Notes: generated by a model from the letters alone, not told the origin. Counted from the stretch's first letter, positions 1-14,561 are shown. The stretch is DNA of 64,000 nt from Eledone cirrhosa (GCA_964016885.1 OZ024740.1:6510001-6574000), one strand, 5' to 3'. Made by a program: numbers and translations.

Positions 1-905
1 AAAAGTTCAGAGAGCTTATACCACTAATGGCCGCTAAAGAGTTCTCTCTAAAAATGAAAGGCAGGCTGTATGATGCCTGCATACGAACAGCAATGTTACA
101 TGGCAGTGAGACCTGGGCATTGTGTGCAGAGGATATACGCAGACTGGAGAGGAACGAAGCGTGCATGCTCCGCTGGATGTGTAATAGTAATATACGTGAA
201 CGGCAAAGCATAAACGAACTAAGGGAGAAATTAGGAATAAGAGGGATCAGATGTTGTTTACTCGAGAGAAGGCTACGTTGGTATGGTCACGTGATGCGCA
301 TGAAAGACGACAGCTGTATAAAAACGATAAAAATAGACGGTAGACACGGTGTAGGCAGACCCAGAAAAACCTGGGATGACTTGATAAATTCCGACCTCAC
401 ACACTTACACCTCTCCAAGACAATGTCACTGGACCGAGATCTTTGGCGCTACACAGTAGTAGAGAAGACCCGCCTTACCTAAGTACAAAGCGAAACCTAC
501 AGTCAGTAGGCACCTCTAACAAAAATACACCCCTGCCGCACTACCCCCATCCCATCCACACCACCCCCTTAAATGTTAAGTTATGTTGGTACCACAACAT
601 CCAGTCCAAACAAATGAGGTCGTGTAGGTGTCACGACAAAAACCCGCCAGATGTGTAGGTGTCACGACAAAAAATCACACAGTCCACGCTGTAATGTGGC
701 CGTGTAGGTAGCACGGTAAAAACCTCCCTGTCCACACTGTAAACGTGGTTGGTGTTAGGAAGAGTATCCAGCCGTAGAAAACCTGCCAGACAGTCCTATA
801 CGAGCAGGACAACCAATCTTGCCTCAAGTGGGAAAACTCCCATCCAAACCCATGCAAGCGTGGAAGATTGACGTTAAACGAAGATGATGATGATGATGAT
901 GATGA
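1..905 (+). mobile_element. RTE-clade LINE, 3' end: C-terminal ORF (to 482) plus 3' UTR ending in (GAT)n tail
   Basis: ORF 27..482 has RTE C-terminal motifs (LYDACIRTAMLHGSETW, RRLRWYGHVMR, GRPRKTW). The UTR ends in gatgatgat at ~883-905. The element runs off the window's left edge. Confidence 0.88.
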
Positions 906-997
906 TATATATTTATATAATATATATATATAATATATATATATAATATATATATATAAATATATTTATTTACCTTGTATTAAGAATATATATATAT

Positions 998-1512
998 GTT
1001 CAGAGATGTGCAACCAAGCCCATACCCTCCATCAGACACCTACCCTACTCTGAACGCCTTGCTTCTCTGGGCATGGATTCATTGAAGCTCCGACATCTGG
1101 CAATGGACTTGGTAAACACCTACAAAGTTGTTAACCATGTTGCCAACAACAACCCTGAGCACCTTTTTGATCTCCATGTGTCTAACACACGTGGACATGC
1201 CTACAAAGTCAGAAAACAGCACAGCTCCCATGACTTTCGGAAACATTTTTTTCACGCTCAGAGTTGCTGAAGCATGGAACAAACTGCCTGCGTCAGTTGT
1301 TAGCTGCCGAGACACTGCATCCTTTAAAACCCTCATGCTTCCCGAAATTCGCCAAAACTACACCTGATGTATCCCTTCCATACACATGCACACATGTGTA
1401 TATCATGACTCATGCGCTGTTCATTTTTCTGACGTTTGTACATTACCCTATGTACTATACATACACTTTTTGATGAGTTGTAGTGCACCTGAGCACTGTA
1501 CACAATATTTCA
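998..1512 (+). mobile_element. CR1-type LINE 3' fragment (decayed ORF2 C-terminus plus UTR)
   Basis: Translates as VQRCATKPIPSIRHLPYSERLASLGMDSL..DLVNTYK, NTRGHAYK, then after a frameshift FFTLRVAEAWNKLPASVV. These are typical CR1-group ORF2 C-terminal motifs. Confidence 0.8.
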
Positions 1513-1513
1513 T

Positions 1514-1664
1514 AGGGTCGGGCGCCATGCTTTCCAGCATAGTTACATCCCTTTCCATTCTGAGTTCAAATCCCGCCGAGGTTAACTTTGCCTTTCATCC
1601 TTACGGGGTCGATAAAATAAAGAACCAGTCATGTACTGGGTAATTGCTGGCCTTGTGCCACAAT

Positions 1665-1670
<6 letters not shown>
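1514..1670 (+). mobile_element. tRNA-derived SINE family A, 5'-truncated copy
   Basis: B-box-like GAGTTCAAATCCC, shared core ACTTTGCCTTTCATCCTTACGGGGTCGATAAAATAAAG and (ATT)n tail; matches the copies at 6331-6517, 15171-15366 and 15691-15899. Confidence 0.85.
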
Positions 1671-1705
<35 letters not shown>

Positions 1706-1706
<1 letters not shown>

Positions 1707-2683
1707 CATGGTCACCCGGATAGTAAACCAAGTCATACAGAATGGGGTTGTTCCGAAGGACTGGCGTAGCAGCATCATCATTAACTGCTACAAGGGTAAA
1801 GAAGACGCCCTAGATAGGAGTAACTATAGAGGCAATAAATTAATCGACCAGGTCATGAAGGTCACGGAAAAAGTAGTAGCGCAACTAATCAGAGAGAGAA
1901 TCGATCTAGATGAAATGCAGTTCGGGTTTGTGTCAGGCAAAAGTACCACAGACGCTCTTTTCATTGTACGACAACTACAGGAGAGTACCTAGCTAAAAGT
2001 AAATCCCTATACTTAGCTTTCGTCGACTTGGAGAAAGCCTTCGACAGAGTCCCCCGTTCCATTATCTGGTGGGCTCTTAGAAAACTAGGTGTTGATGAAT
2101 GGCTTGTGAGAGCTATACAAGCCATGTATAAAGAAACAGTCAGCAAGGTTAGAATTAACAACGAATATAGTGAAGAGTTTAGCGTAAAAGTTGGTGTTCA
2201 TCAGGGCTCTGTTCTTAGCCCCCTACTATTTATTATTGCCCTTCAGGCTATAACAGTGGAGTTCAAGACAGGCTGCCCATGGGAACTCCTATACGCAGAT
2301 GATCTAACGCTCATAGCTGAATCAATGGCCGAGCTAGAGAAGAAATTCCAAACATGGAAGCACGGCCTAGAATCAAAAGGCCTTAAAATTAACCTGGCTA
2401 AGACTAAAGTTCTAGTTTGTAGGAAAGAAAATAAGGCGCCGGTCCCTTCCGGGAAATGGCCATGCTCAGTGTGTAGGAAAGGCGTAGGTAGAAACTCCAT
2501 TTTATGTCCCAAATGCAAAGTATGGGTGCATAAAAGAGGTAGTGGGATCATAGGTAAGCTAACTAAGAACATAGATTTTACGTGTGGCCGGTGCTCTGGT
2601 GCAATAAGTAGCAGCAAGTGCCCACAGAATACTAGCTCTTTCAATTGCGTAGAGGGTTCTATAGAAATAGTGGACAGCTTCCG
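1706..2683 (+). pseudogene. RTE-clade LINE reverse transcriptase fragment, frameshifted (ORFs 1708..1992 and 2028..2687), 3'-interrupted
   Basis: Motifs NYRG, MQFGF..GKSTTDA, FVDLEKAFDRVP, GVHQGSVLSPLLF, LLYADD, GLKINLAKTK, followed by a Cys-rich insert (CSVC..CPKC..H..CGRC). Frameshift near 1985. Confidence 0.9.
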
Positions 2684-4110
2684 TTAGGAAAATTTTATAG
2701 TGTGTTTGTTAAATATTTTACTATAGATATGTGAGGGAGGGAAGCATTTATTTAAGGCACTAAAGAATAATTTAGGAATATTGTTATTAATAGAGATGGA
2801 GAAAGGAGCATTATACCAGATTATGTGTTTGTATCTAGGTCTTTTATTAAAATTATTGGAATGATCAAGATTAATTATTCTACTGTAAGTTTTTCTAGAA
2901 TTTGTTTCTTTACTATATTTGATTTTATCAGGATAGCCGGCTTTAGAAAGCGCGTTATTATAGTAATTGGCGTTAGCATCAAAGATGTTTTTATTAGAAG
3001 ATAGGTTAGATATTCTTTTTCCAATATTACTAACTATAGCATTCTTGATATTAGTAGGATGGTTAGATTTAAAGTTAACATAATTTAGGTTCTCATTGTT
3101 TTTATGGTAAGGGTAATATAGGCCAGTGTCAAGATTAAGAGATACATCCAAGAAATTAGCTAGTTTGATGCTGTTATCAAATTCAATTTTTAGGTTATGT
3201 TGGTTAAAGAGATTACGTATATTGTTCTTAATAATATTAAGGTTAACTATGTTGCAATTTAAGATAGTAAAGAGTCCATCGTCACGATAAATTCCACCGC
3301 GAAGTTGAAGAATTTTCCGACTCAAAGAGTTCAAAATAAAGATACCAATTAAATCTTTCAATTGGGATGAATCGGATGCTCCCATTGTGATGTCGAAGTT
3401 GTTAGAGGTATCGGCTCTGGTCCAATATTCGTTGTTGAACTCTAGGATGGTTTTACGTGCGGTGAGAATGATGTGAAGTTCATCTGTGGTGATGTCAGAA
3501 TATTTAAGTGCGAAAGATAGAGCATTATTGAGAAGTGAAGGCGAAATAGAAGAATAGTAGCTGGCAATATCAAATTGAACAAATTTTAGTTTGTTTTTAT
3601 TATTCAATTCGTTGAACCAGCTAATCACTTCAGAAGTACCAAACCATAATTTAGGTTCAAAGAAGAGCAATTAGAACGAACCCGTGGGATAATTCTATCC
3701 AAGATGGCTTTACTAACAACCCCCAGATCTGATTTAGAGGGGGCGATTAATCTAACAGGTAGTTCAGTGCGAAAATTGTTTTTGTGATCCTTGAGATTTA
3801 TCCTCGGAGTTCTTGGGAGGAATGGTTCTGTCTTTTTTTCAATGCCAAGTTTTGACATAATCTCAGAGGCTTCAAAGTTTATGTATTCTAAATTTTCATG
3901 GTTGGTTTTACAATATTTTTTCCTAAGTTCCTTTAGGATAAGGTTGTTATAATTATCCTTGGAAATACCATATAAGTTATTGGTTTTGTCAGAGTGAACT
4001 AAATGCGCATAATAAAATACATGGAACTCTTTTAACCATCTTTTGTTCTTATATATTATGTATACTCCAGTCCTACAAACTGTAGAGTGCTTATTATCCG
4101 ATATCTGCAT
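2684..4110 (-). mobile_element. Penelope-like element (PLE) reverse transcriptase fragment, frameshifted, truncated before the GIY-YIG domain
   Basis: ORFs 3625..4110 and 2684..3670 carry LKDHK..P.RLI.P.KS, FDIASYYSSI, ITMGASDS, IYRDDGL, NFLDVSL, SNHP and IIWYNAPFS, which are PLE RT and thumb motifs. Confidence 0.85.
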
Positions 4111-4207
4111 TGCTTTATTGTACTACAATAAAACTCACCTCCTACATTATATACATGCATATATATACATACATATATACATACACATATATATATATAT
4201 ATATATA

Positions 4208-4292
4208 TATTACAAAGTAAATTACAAAGTAAAATTACAAAGTAAAATTACAAAGTAAAATTACAAAGTAAAATTACAAATTACAAAGTAAA
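4208..4292 (+). repeat. 12-13-bp minisatellite (TTACAAAGTAAAA)n, about 6-7 copies
   Basis: Directly visible tandem units abutting the RTE 3' UTR fragment. Confidence 0.9.
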
Positions 4293-4789
4293 AACCTACT
4301 ACAGTCAGTAGGCATCTCTATCAAAACACCCCCCCCCCCGTTCCACCACCCCACCCCATCCACACCGTCCCTTTCAATGTAAAGTTATGTTGGTCCCACA
4401 ACATCCAGGCCGAAACAAATGAGATCGTGTAGGTGTCACGACAAAAAAACACACAGTCCACGCTGTAAATGTGGCCGTGTAGGCAACACGGTAAAAACCT
4501 CCCAGCCCCACACTGTAAATGTGGTTGGTGTTAGGAAGGGCATCCAGCTGTAGAAAACCCGCCAGACAGTCCACGCTGTAATGTGGCTGTGTAGGCAACA
4601 CGGTAAAAACCTCCCAGCCCCACACTGTAAATGTGGTTGGTGTTAGGAAGGGCATCCAACTGTAGAAAACCCGCCAGACAGTCCTATGCGAGCAAGACAA
4701 CCACTCTTGCCTCAAGTGGGAAAACCCCCGTCCAAACCCATGCAAGCGTGGAACACGGACGCTAAACCTGATGATGATGATGATGATGA

Positions 4790-4793
<4 letters not shown>
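4290..4793 (+). mobile_element. RTE LINE 3' UTR with internal tandem duplication (~112 bp) and (GAT)n tail
   Basis: Aligns by eye to 493-905 (acagtcagtaggc..., tgcctcaagtgggaaaa..., (gat)n). The segment acagtccacgctgtaa...gccag occurs twice. Confidence 0.88.

Positions 4794-4860
<67 letters not shown>
4793..4860. repeat. (GA)n microsatellite
   Basis: Direct reading. Confidence 0.97.
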
Positions 4861-4863
<3 letters not shown>

Positions 4864-5074
4864 TACAATTTCCCTTTAAAAAGTATTCAATAACATTATG
4901 AAAGAAGAAATAAATATATTGTTTATGAGAAAGTACGTTCTTGTCTTGAAAATATGATTCCTGTTATTGGAAACATGGAAAGGTTTTTATTTCTCTACAG
5001 ATTCACCAAGAACCAATAAAATAAAGTCACCATTTAGATTATAGTTATTTTATCTCTTTATATATTCTATTTTT

Positions 5075-5165
5075 TATTCATCCTTACGGGGGTTGATAAA
5101 ATAAAGTACCAGTAATACACTTGGGTAATTGCTGGCCTTGTGCCAAAAGTAGAAAAAAAAATTAT
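5075..5165 (+). mobile_element. SINE family A, 3' fragment
   Basis: ttcatccttacgggggttgataaaataaagtaccagtaatacacttgggtaattgctggccttgtgcc matches the family core and tail. Confidence 0.8.
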
Positions 5166-5865
5166 TTCTTAATTTACCATCATCATCATCATTCTCATTG
5201 TTTTCATTACCACCACCATCACCACTATTGAGTACTCCCATGATTAGTGGTCTACCCGGTATCAACACCGCATGCTTTCCTCTCTCTCTTTAATATTATA
5301 CATATAGGTTTGGGCTTACTTCTCTACCCTTTGCCTTGTCACGTTTACCCCGTCCGTTATCACACGCACTTGTACATTCACCCTTAGATTCCTATGGTCA
5401 GAAACATATACTCTTGCAGCTGATACAGACCAACTAATTACGCACACACACCTCCACTCTTCCCTTCACTGCTCTGTATACACACATACACACCCTTATA
5501 TTAACATACTTTTGCTCACAGCTTCGTACTTACAAGCACACACATTCTTTTACATACATATACACACACATATCCTCTTAGCTTCAAATGGACATATAAT
5601 AACATGCATATACACACACGCATGCACACACACATGCATATACAATGGCACACGTATATCTCTATCTACAAAATGTGTTTTTTTTCTATTTCAGGTAGAC
5701 GCAATCCATCATCCACTTTTCTAAAAAAATAAATCATACACAAAACGCCAGCACCAACAGTTTTACAAGAGATATCAACATGAATGGACCTGTTATTTTT
5801 ATCTAAAGACATTTTTTCCAATTCCAACCCGCGCGTCCCCTCAATCTTTCTAATTTCACATTCTT

Positions 5866-5901
5866 TCTTCTGATGAAGGACCAGCGTCCAAAACGTTGAG
5901 A
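5866..5901 (+). ncRNA. Degenerate minimal hammerhead motif (PLE pLTR-like relic)
   Basis: CTGATGA-A-GGAC-CAGC-GTCC-AAAAC-GTT: intact CUGAUGA, 4-bp stem II and palindromic AACGTT, but GAAA is mutated to AAAA. Confidence 0.45.
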
Positions 5902-6062
5902 CCTTCTTCCTGCTATTTCAAGCGTTAACCTAATATATCCCTTCCATATACTGTACTGATTGTATTGTTATTTCTGTTTACCTTTTACATATATATATAC
6001 ATATATATATATGTAAAAGGTAAACAGAAATACAAAGCAAATGGCACAGTATATTTACACAT

Positions 6063-6093
<31 letters not shown>

Positions 6094-6178
6094 CATATAT
6101 ACATATATATATGTATATGTGTGTGTGTCCTGGTTCAAACCACAGTAAATAAGGTACTCAATACATAGCAGAGTATAA

Positions 6179-6298
6179 ATATTTAATATAGAAATGGCTT
6201 CGACAGGACTAGAACTGTTTCATTCAAAGGAAATAATCAGGAAAGCCCTTCAAATGAAACAGTTCTAGTCCTGAAGAAGCCATTTCTATATTAAATAT
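6179..6298. repeat. 46-bp inverted repeat (44/46 match) with 28-nt spacer, overlapping a decayed minus-strand hammerhead (6196-6247)
   Basis: Arms 6179-6224 and 6253-6298. The minus strand reads GGCTTTC-CTGATTA-TTTCCTTTGAAT-GAAACAG-TTCTAGTC-CTGTC-GAAGCC. Confidence 0.85.
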
Positions 6299-6330
6299 AT
6301 ATATATATAAATCTAATCTGAGTTCTTTGA

Positions 6331-6517
6331 ATATTAATAATTGTTTCTACGTTTAGCACAAGGCCAGCAATTACCCAGTACATTACTGGTACTTTATTTT
6401 ATCGACCTCGTAAGGATGAAAGGCAAAGTTAACCTCTGCGGGATTTGAACTCAGATCATAAAGGGACGTAACTATGCTGGAAAGCATGTCTGACCCTCTA
6501 CCGATACTGCCAATTCA
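6331..6517 (-). mobile_element. SINE family A, near full-length copy
   Basis: Reverse complement: ttggcagtatcggtagagggtcagacatgc...gagttcaaatcccgc...ctttgcctttcatcc...tggccttgtgc, then an ATT tail. Confidence 0.88.
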
Positions 6518-6590
6518 ATGATATTTGATTTTTAAAGCCATGTCAGTAGAATGAGCCCCTCATTCTTGTTCTTGTGTTGGCATGTAAACA

Positions 6591-6640
6591 GAACTGCAGA
6601 CACTAATGTTTCTGGGTATTACCCTTCATCAGTACAGCTC
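6591..6640 (-). ncRNA. Type I hammerhead ribozyme (copy 1 of pair)
   Basis: GAGCUGUA-CUGAUGA-A-GGGU(AAU)ACCC-A-GAAACA(UUAG)UGUC-UGCAGUUC: 8-bp stem I (2 G-U), stem II, 3-bp stem III and GUC site. The A/A junction at the base of stem II is atypical. Confidence 0.72.
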
Positions 6641-7033
6641 AATGTTCACCTGCCAACTGTCAGAGCTAGTGAAAATATATTCTATTTTCTAAAATATAGT
6701 GACTGATCGGCCTGATTTGCATATTAGAAGACTGGCTGATCAGTCAGATCTGCATATTAGCAGATCCACTGATCAGCCAAATTTGCATATCTGCAGACTG
6801 GCCAGTCAGTTTCCTGTATACGAGCGATCAATGGCTGGCTTTGCCACATTCAAATAAAAAAAATTAAAACAATTTTTCGCTCTACATGGCTGAATACAAT
6901 AAATGCAATCTGAGTATTTCGAATATTAATAATAATATTCGATTTGTTTGCAATTATGCAAACAAGCCTCATTTTTAAAGCCATGTCAGTAGAATGAGCC
7001 CTTCATTCTTGCCCTTGTGTTGGTATGTAAACA

Positions 7034-7083
7034 GAACTGCAGACACTAATGTTTCTGGGTATTACCCTCCATCAGTACAGCTC
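7034..7083 (-). ncRNA. Type I hammerhead ribozyme (copy 2 of pair; core reads CUGAUGGA)
   Basis: Same fold as 6591-6640 with one A>G substitution at core position 9. Confidence 0.6.
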
Positions 7084-7329
7084 ACTGTTCATTTTTCTTT
7101 TTAAATTTATTTTTTAAAATATATATATATATATATATATATGGCAGATCTTTGTAGACACTGTCACAAATATATGTGCAAAACACACCCCACCAAGACC
7201 TGTGAACAAAACTAAGTGCAGTGTCCCCCAAAACAGAAAAACTATTATCAGAAAAATAAAAAGAACAAACAAAAAATTAACACACTAAACAGCAACACAC
7301 ACATTCGATGGCTATCGCCCTGCTTCAAT

Positions 7330-9300
7330 CAAATAAATATTACCTCCAACAATGCATGAAGACCATCATCAATAACCAAAGAACAGCTGAGGAGAAATGG
7401 GCCATTGAGAAAATCAAACTCAACCCCAAAGTGTTCTTTTCTTTTGTGAAATAACACAAGGTCACCGTCTCCACTGTTGGCCCTCTAGTTGATGAAAATA
7501 GCACTCTCTTAGATAATGCCAAAACCATGGACGGGATACTGCAGAAACAATACTGCTCTGTTTTCAGCAATCCTGATATGGCCGATCTGGGCCGTATCAG
7601 TGATATTAACCCCCAACACACTATATCGGACATAACGTTTGACGCCCCTGATGTCTTAGCGGCAATAAACAAAATTAAACACAATTCAGCAGTAGGCCCC
7701 TACAGGTTCCCTGCTTGTGTCCTGAAGGTGTGTCGACACCAACTTGCATCTCCTCTTGCTAATCTGTGGAGGAACTCACTGGACACTGGCTATATTCCTG
7801 AAAATTTTCTGTCCCAGTCTTCAAAAAGGGAAATAAGTCCCTTGCAGGGAACTACCGTCCGATCTCACTCACCTCTCATATCATCAAGGTATTTGAGAGG
7901 GTGGTGAGATCACGAATAACCCACTTTCTTGAAAGCAACGGCCTGCTGATCTCCAACCAACTTGGGTTCCGTAATGAAAGGGACTGCCAAACGCAGCTCC
8001 TGCATCAGTTTGACGATGTTTTGAGAGCCTTGGGAGAGGGCTCCAACACTGATGTCATCTACCTTGATTTCAGCAAGGCCTTCGACAGGGTTGATCATAG
8101 GATTCTACTGAAAAAACTACCCAATATTGGTGTCTCTGGAAAGTTACTACAGTGGATCAAGTGTTTCCTGACAGGCAGAACCCAACATGTTGTAGTCGAA
8201 GGAGTAAAATCAAGCCCTGCCAAAGTCCGCAGTGGCGTCCCACAAGGCACTGTGTTGGGCCCACTTTTCATCATCTACATTAATGACATTACTGACAACA
8301 TCAAGCACAGCAACATAAGAATCTTTGCAGATGATTCCAAGCTCCAAAGGGTCATAAAGGAGGTGGGTGACCGGACTTGCCTTCAGTCAGACCTACTGGC
8401 TGTTATCCAATGGGCAGAAAAGAATAATATGCTGTTGAATGAGGATAAGTTTGAATTAATCCACTTTGCAAAATAGGATTCTCTGAAAATACCATACTCT
8501 CTTCCTTCGGGTGAAACTCTAGTGGCTTCCAATAACATCAGAGACCTGGGAGTAATTGTGGACAACAATATAAGCTGGGCCACTCATATAAACAGCCAAG
8601 TTGATATGGCCCGCTGAATGTGTTCCTGGATTCTCAGAACTTTCCAGTCGAGAGATATCCACACTGTTATCCTTCTCTTCTCCACTTTTGCCTGACCCCA
8701 CCTTGAATACTGTTGTTCATTGTGGTCTCCCCACACGAAACAATGTATCATGAAAGTTGAAGCACCTCAAAGGTCAATTACAAAAAAGATAGATGGCATG
8801 ACAGGCCTTGACTATTGGAATTGATTAGAAAAACTCAACCTTTATTCTCTCCAGCGTCGCCGTGAGCGCTACATTATCTGCATGATGTGGAAAATATTCC
8901 ATCAGTATTGCCCAAATGATGTTGACATCATCTTTAGTGTACACCCAAGGCTTGGGCCCATGCTATCTGCCCACTACAAAAATCTCACTCGCATCTCATA
9001 ACAACAATACGGCACAATTATTTCACCTCAATTGGCCCTGCTCTCTTTAACATTACACCAAAACACATTAAAACAGAAACAGACCCCATAAAGTTCAAGA
9101 AGTCTTTGGACAAATTCCTTCAAGAAATCCCGGATTAACCTCCAACACCCGAATATGTTTCCGTAAAAAAATAAACCTCTACTTGAGTGGGCCATCATAC
9201 CCAAATCCTGATTTGCAAGACTTTGCCAGGTGCTCCTATTAAGTTAGACATGGCCTGGGCCAATACTGGCTGAAACCTATCAAAGTTAGCAAAGTTAAAC
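7330..9300 (+). mobile_element. CR1-type LINE, 5'-truncated, decayed ORF2 (RT) with 3' end
   Basis: ORFs 7527..7907 and 7901..8476 carry QLGFR, DVIYLDFSKAFDRV, SGVPQGTVLGP and IFADDSK. Downstream: RDLGVIVD, HLEYCCSLWSP, LYSLQRRRERY. Multiple stops and frameshifts; boundaries approximate. Confidence 0.85.
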
Positions 9301-9308
9301 ATATACAC

Positions 9309-9341
<33 letters not shown>

Positions 9342-9739
9342 CACATAGGAGGTTATATCCATTGTAGTAGAGCACTCAGTCCACAGGATGAGTTTGGTAG
9401 AAGTTAGTTCCACAACAGTTAATAAACCATTTTCAAGGACGCATGTTTCATATATTAGCAGTAGCACTAACATATAATAAAAAGGTATATATATATATAT
9501 TTCAAATCTGTGATCATGTCACAATTCTCTCAGTAATCTTGTGAAAATACCTGAGATGTGTTTCCAGATTTTTACCTATCATTACTAATATTTCTCACTT
9601 GCTACTCAGACAAGTATAAGCTATATCTTCTATACTTTTGCATATAAATCATCTGCTGGAGATGCACATTTGCATATAGTGTATAAACATAACATAAATG
9701 TCTTCATACACACCTCTAATATATATATGTGTGTATGTG

Positions 9740-9744
<5 letters not shown>

Positions 9745-9810
<66 letters not shown>
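9745..9810. repeat. (TA)n microsatellite, left flank of the 316-bp array
   Basis: Direct reading. Confidence 0.95.
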
Positions 9811-12420
<2,610 letters not shown>

Positions 12421-13466
12421 AAACATACATACATACACACTTATACCTGGAATATATTAGTAACTGTCTCAGTACAAATCCTGAAAAGCTGGGTTTCCAT
12501 TTAGGAAATAAGTACAATCCATGAATGGAACAGTTAAAATATGTAAAACATTTCAAAAATTCTGCATGAAATGACTGCACGTACACATGTGCAGGTACAA
12601 CTCATATGACATGCACATGTATAACTCAAAACATACACATCCACACATACAATAACAACCATACCTACACACATGCACACATGCATACCTAGTTGATGTC
12701 ATCTAAATTCCAATGAGAGAGTCTTGTGTCTATGTTAGAAACCGACCCTCTCTTTTGGTAAAAATTCATAAAATTATAAAACCAGAAGAGCATACATACA
12801 TACTACATACATACATTCATGATGATGGCTGCCCCCTCCTTATAGAGTATGGCCATTGTATGATATAATATTATTAATAATTATCAATTAATGCTATCGT
12901 GCAATGCCTGTGCGTGGAGATTTTTTCTAAAGTGAGGAAAGACTGTGCACTGAGCCAATCCCACTCTCTGAGCTACAGTAGCTATAACCTGAAAAAAAGA
13001 AAAGATCAACATCATCGGTAACTACTGAGCTACAGGTTTTATATCGGAGTTATCCCAGTTTCCTGAGTTGCCTTCTCCTAGAAGAATGCCCTGACAAAGG
13101 CTAGGGGTTCTTCACTCCCAGTGGTTTAACTGGACAATTTGGTATCCAGCCCGATTATTTCTATGTCCCCGCGCATATACATATTATACATATGTATACA
13201 TGTGTATATAGATATATATATGTATATATCATGTATACATTTATACACATGTATATATGTATATACATATTTACACATTTTTGGATGGCTGTTGACTCTT
13301 ATGAGCCAGGTTTTGTTTTTTGTCCTGTAGGATGTCCAAAATCACCCTCCTCACCAAGTAACCTTGGTGGGGTTGCCAGTTTAGTTGCCGACGACCTGAC
13401 CATGCGACAGGTTGTACTGTGTTACATGTTACCAGTAGCACTCTTGAGTGACCCGACATACATATA

Positions 13467-13502
<36 letters not shown>

Positions 13503-14104
13503 TAAATACATATATACATACTTATGTAGGCATTTAAAAGCTAAGTTTCTTTGTCATGATCAATGTCACACTGTTCATACGTTAATTCACTACAATCTCT
13601 CATGTGTTTACCCAGCCGCATTCCCTATATATTCTCTCACAACATATAAGCTCATAAACACACACATACATACTCATATTTATGCACACACATCTATATA
13701 TTAATATCTTTGCCTCAGGCTCAAATTCTGAAAATTTCTAAGGGAAAGCAACACATTGTTTAAGTTTAAGGATTAAGGTAATGCTGCTTAGGAGGAATAT
13801 AAATAGACTTTACTAAATTAATTAAAAAACATAACATAGTAAAAACTAAAACTTTTAGATAAGGCAGGAAATTTACTGAATGACTGAGAATGTGGAGGGT
13901 TTTTAGAATAAACTCATAATTTTGCAGACTTGCCAAATATCTGAAGAATCACACATACTAAAAAACACAATTGCTATAAAAATAAAAAGAAACTTTTGCT
14001 TAAAATCAAAAGAATTACACTTGCTAAAAATATCACAAGCTGAAAATGACAGTAGCTAAAAATTACACTATTTAAAAATCACATTCACTAAAAATGACAC
14101 TAGC

Positions 14105-14500
14105 TAAAAATCACACTGTTTAAAAATCATGCTCCCTAAAAATCACACTATTTAAAAATCATGCTCCCTAAAAATCACACTGTTTAAAAATCATGCTCCC
14201 TATAAATCACGCTGTTTAAAAATCATGCTCCCTAAAAATCACACTGTTTAAAAATCATGCTCCCTAAAAATCTCACTGTTTAAAAATCATGCTCCCTAAA
14301 AATCACACTGTTTAAAAATTATGCTCCCTAAAAATCACACTATTTAAAAATAATGCTCCCTAAAATTCACACTGTTTAAAAATCATGCTCCCTATAAATC
14401 ACGCTGTTTAAAAATCATGCTCCCTAAAAGTCACACTGTTTAAAAATCATGCACCCGAAAAATCACGCTATTTAAAAATCTGGCTCCCTAAAAATCACAT
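14105..14500 (+). repeat. 32-bp minisatellite A (AAAATCACACTGTTTAAAAATCATGCTCCCTA), about 12 copies
   Basis: Period 32 (e.g. atgctccc at 14161 and 14193), built of two 16-bp AAAAATCA-led subunits. Confidence 0.92.
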
Positions 14501-14561
14501 TAGCTAAAAATCAAAAAAACACTCTAATCCCAAACCACATTAACTATAAATCATACTATCT

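Larger units (their letters stand above)
6529..7090 (-). mobile_element. Hammerhead-flanked non-coding element: two ~120-bp direct repeats 443 bp apart (retrozyme-like or PLE pLTR-like)
   Basis: Repeats 6529-6648 and 6972-7091, about 95% identical, each containing a type I HHR fold. No ORF in between. Confidence 0.7.

Noticed and set aside
2243-2644. Antisense ORFs over LINE fragments (also 1079, 1961, 7340, 7910, 8383)
   Set aside because: Shadow frames of retroelement coding sequence with no recognisable motifs.
5660-5724. Splice-acceptor-like tttttttctatttcag followed by a short frame
   Set aside because: The frame closes after a few codons and no other exons or gene evidence are visible.
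12815-13456. Two GC-richer islands that may be retroelement UTR fragments
   Set aside because: No motif or in-window homologue lets me assign them; a repeat-library search is needed.
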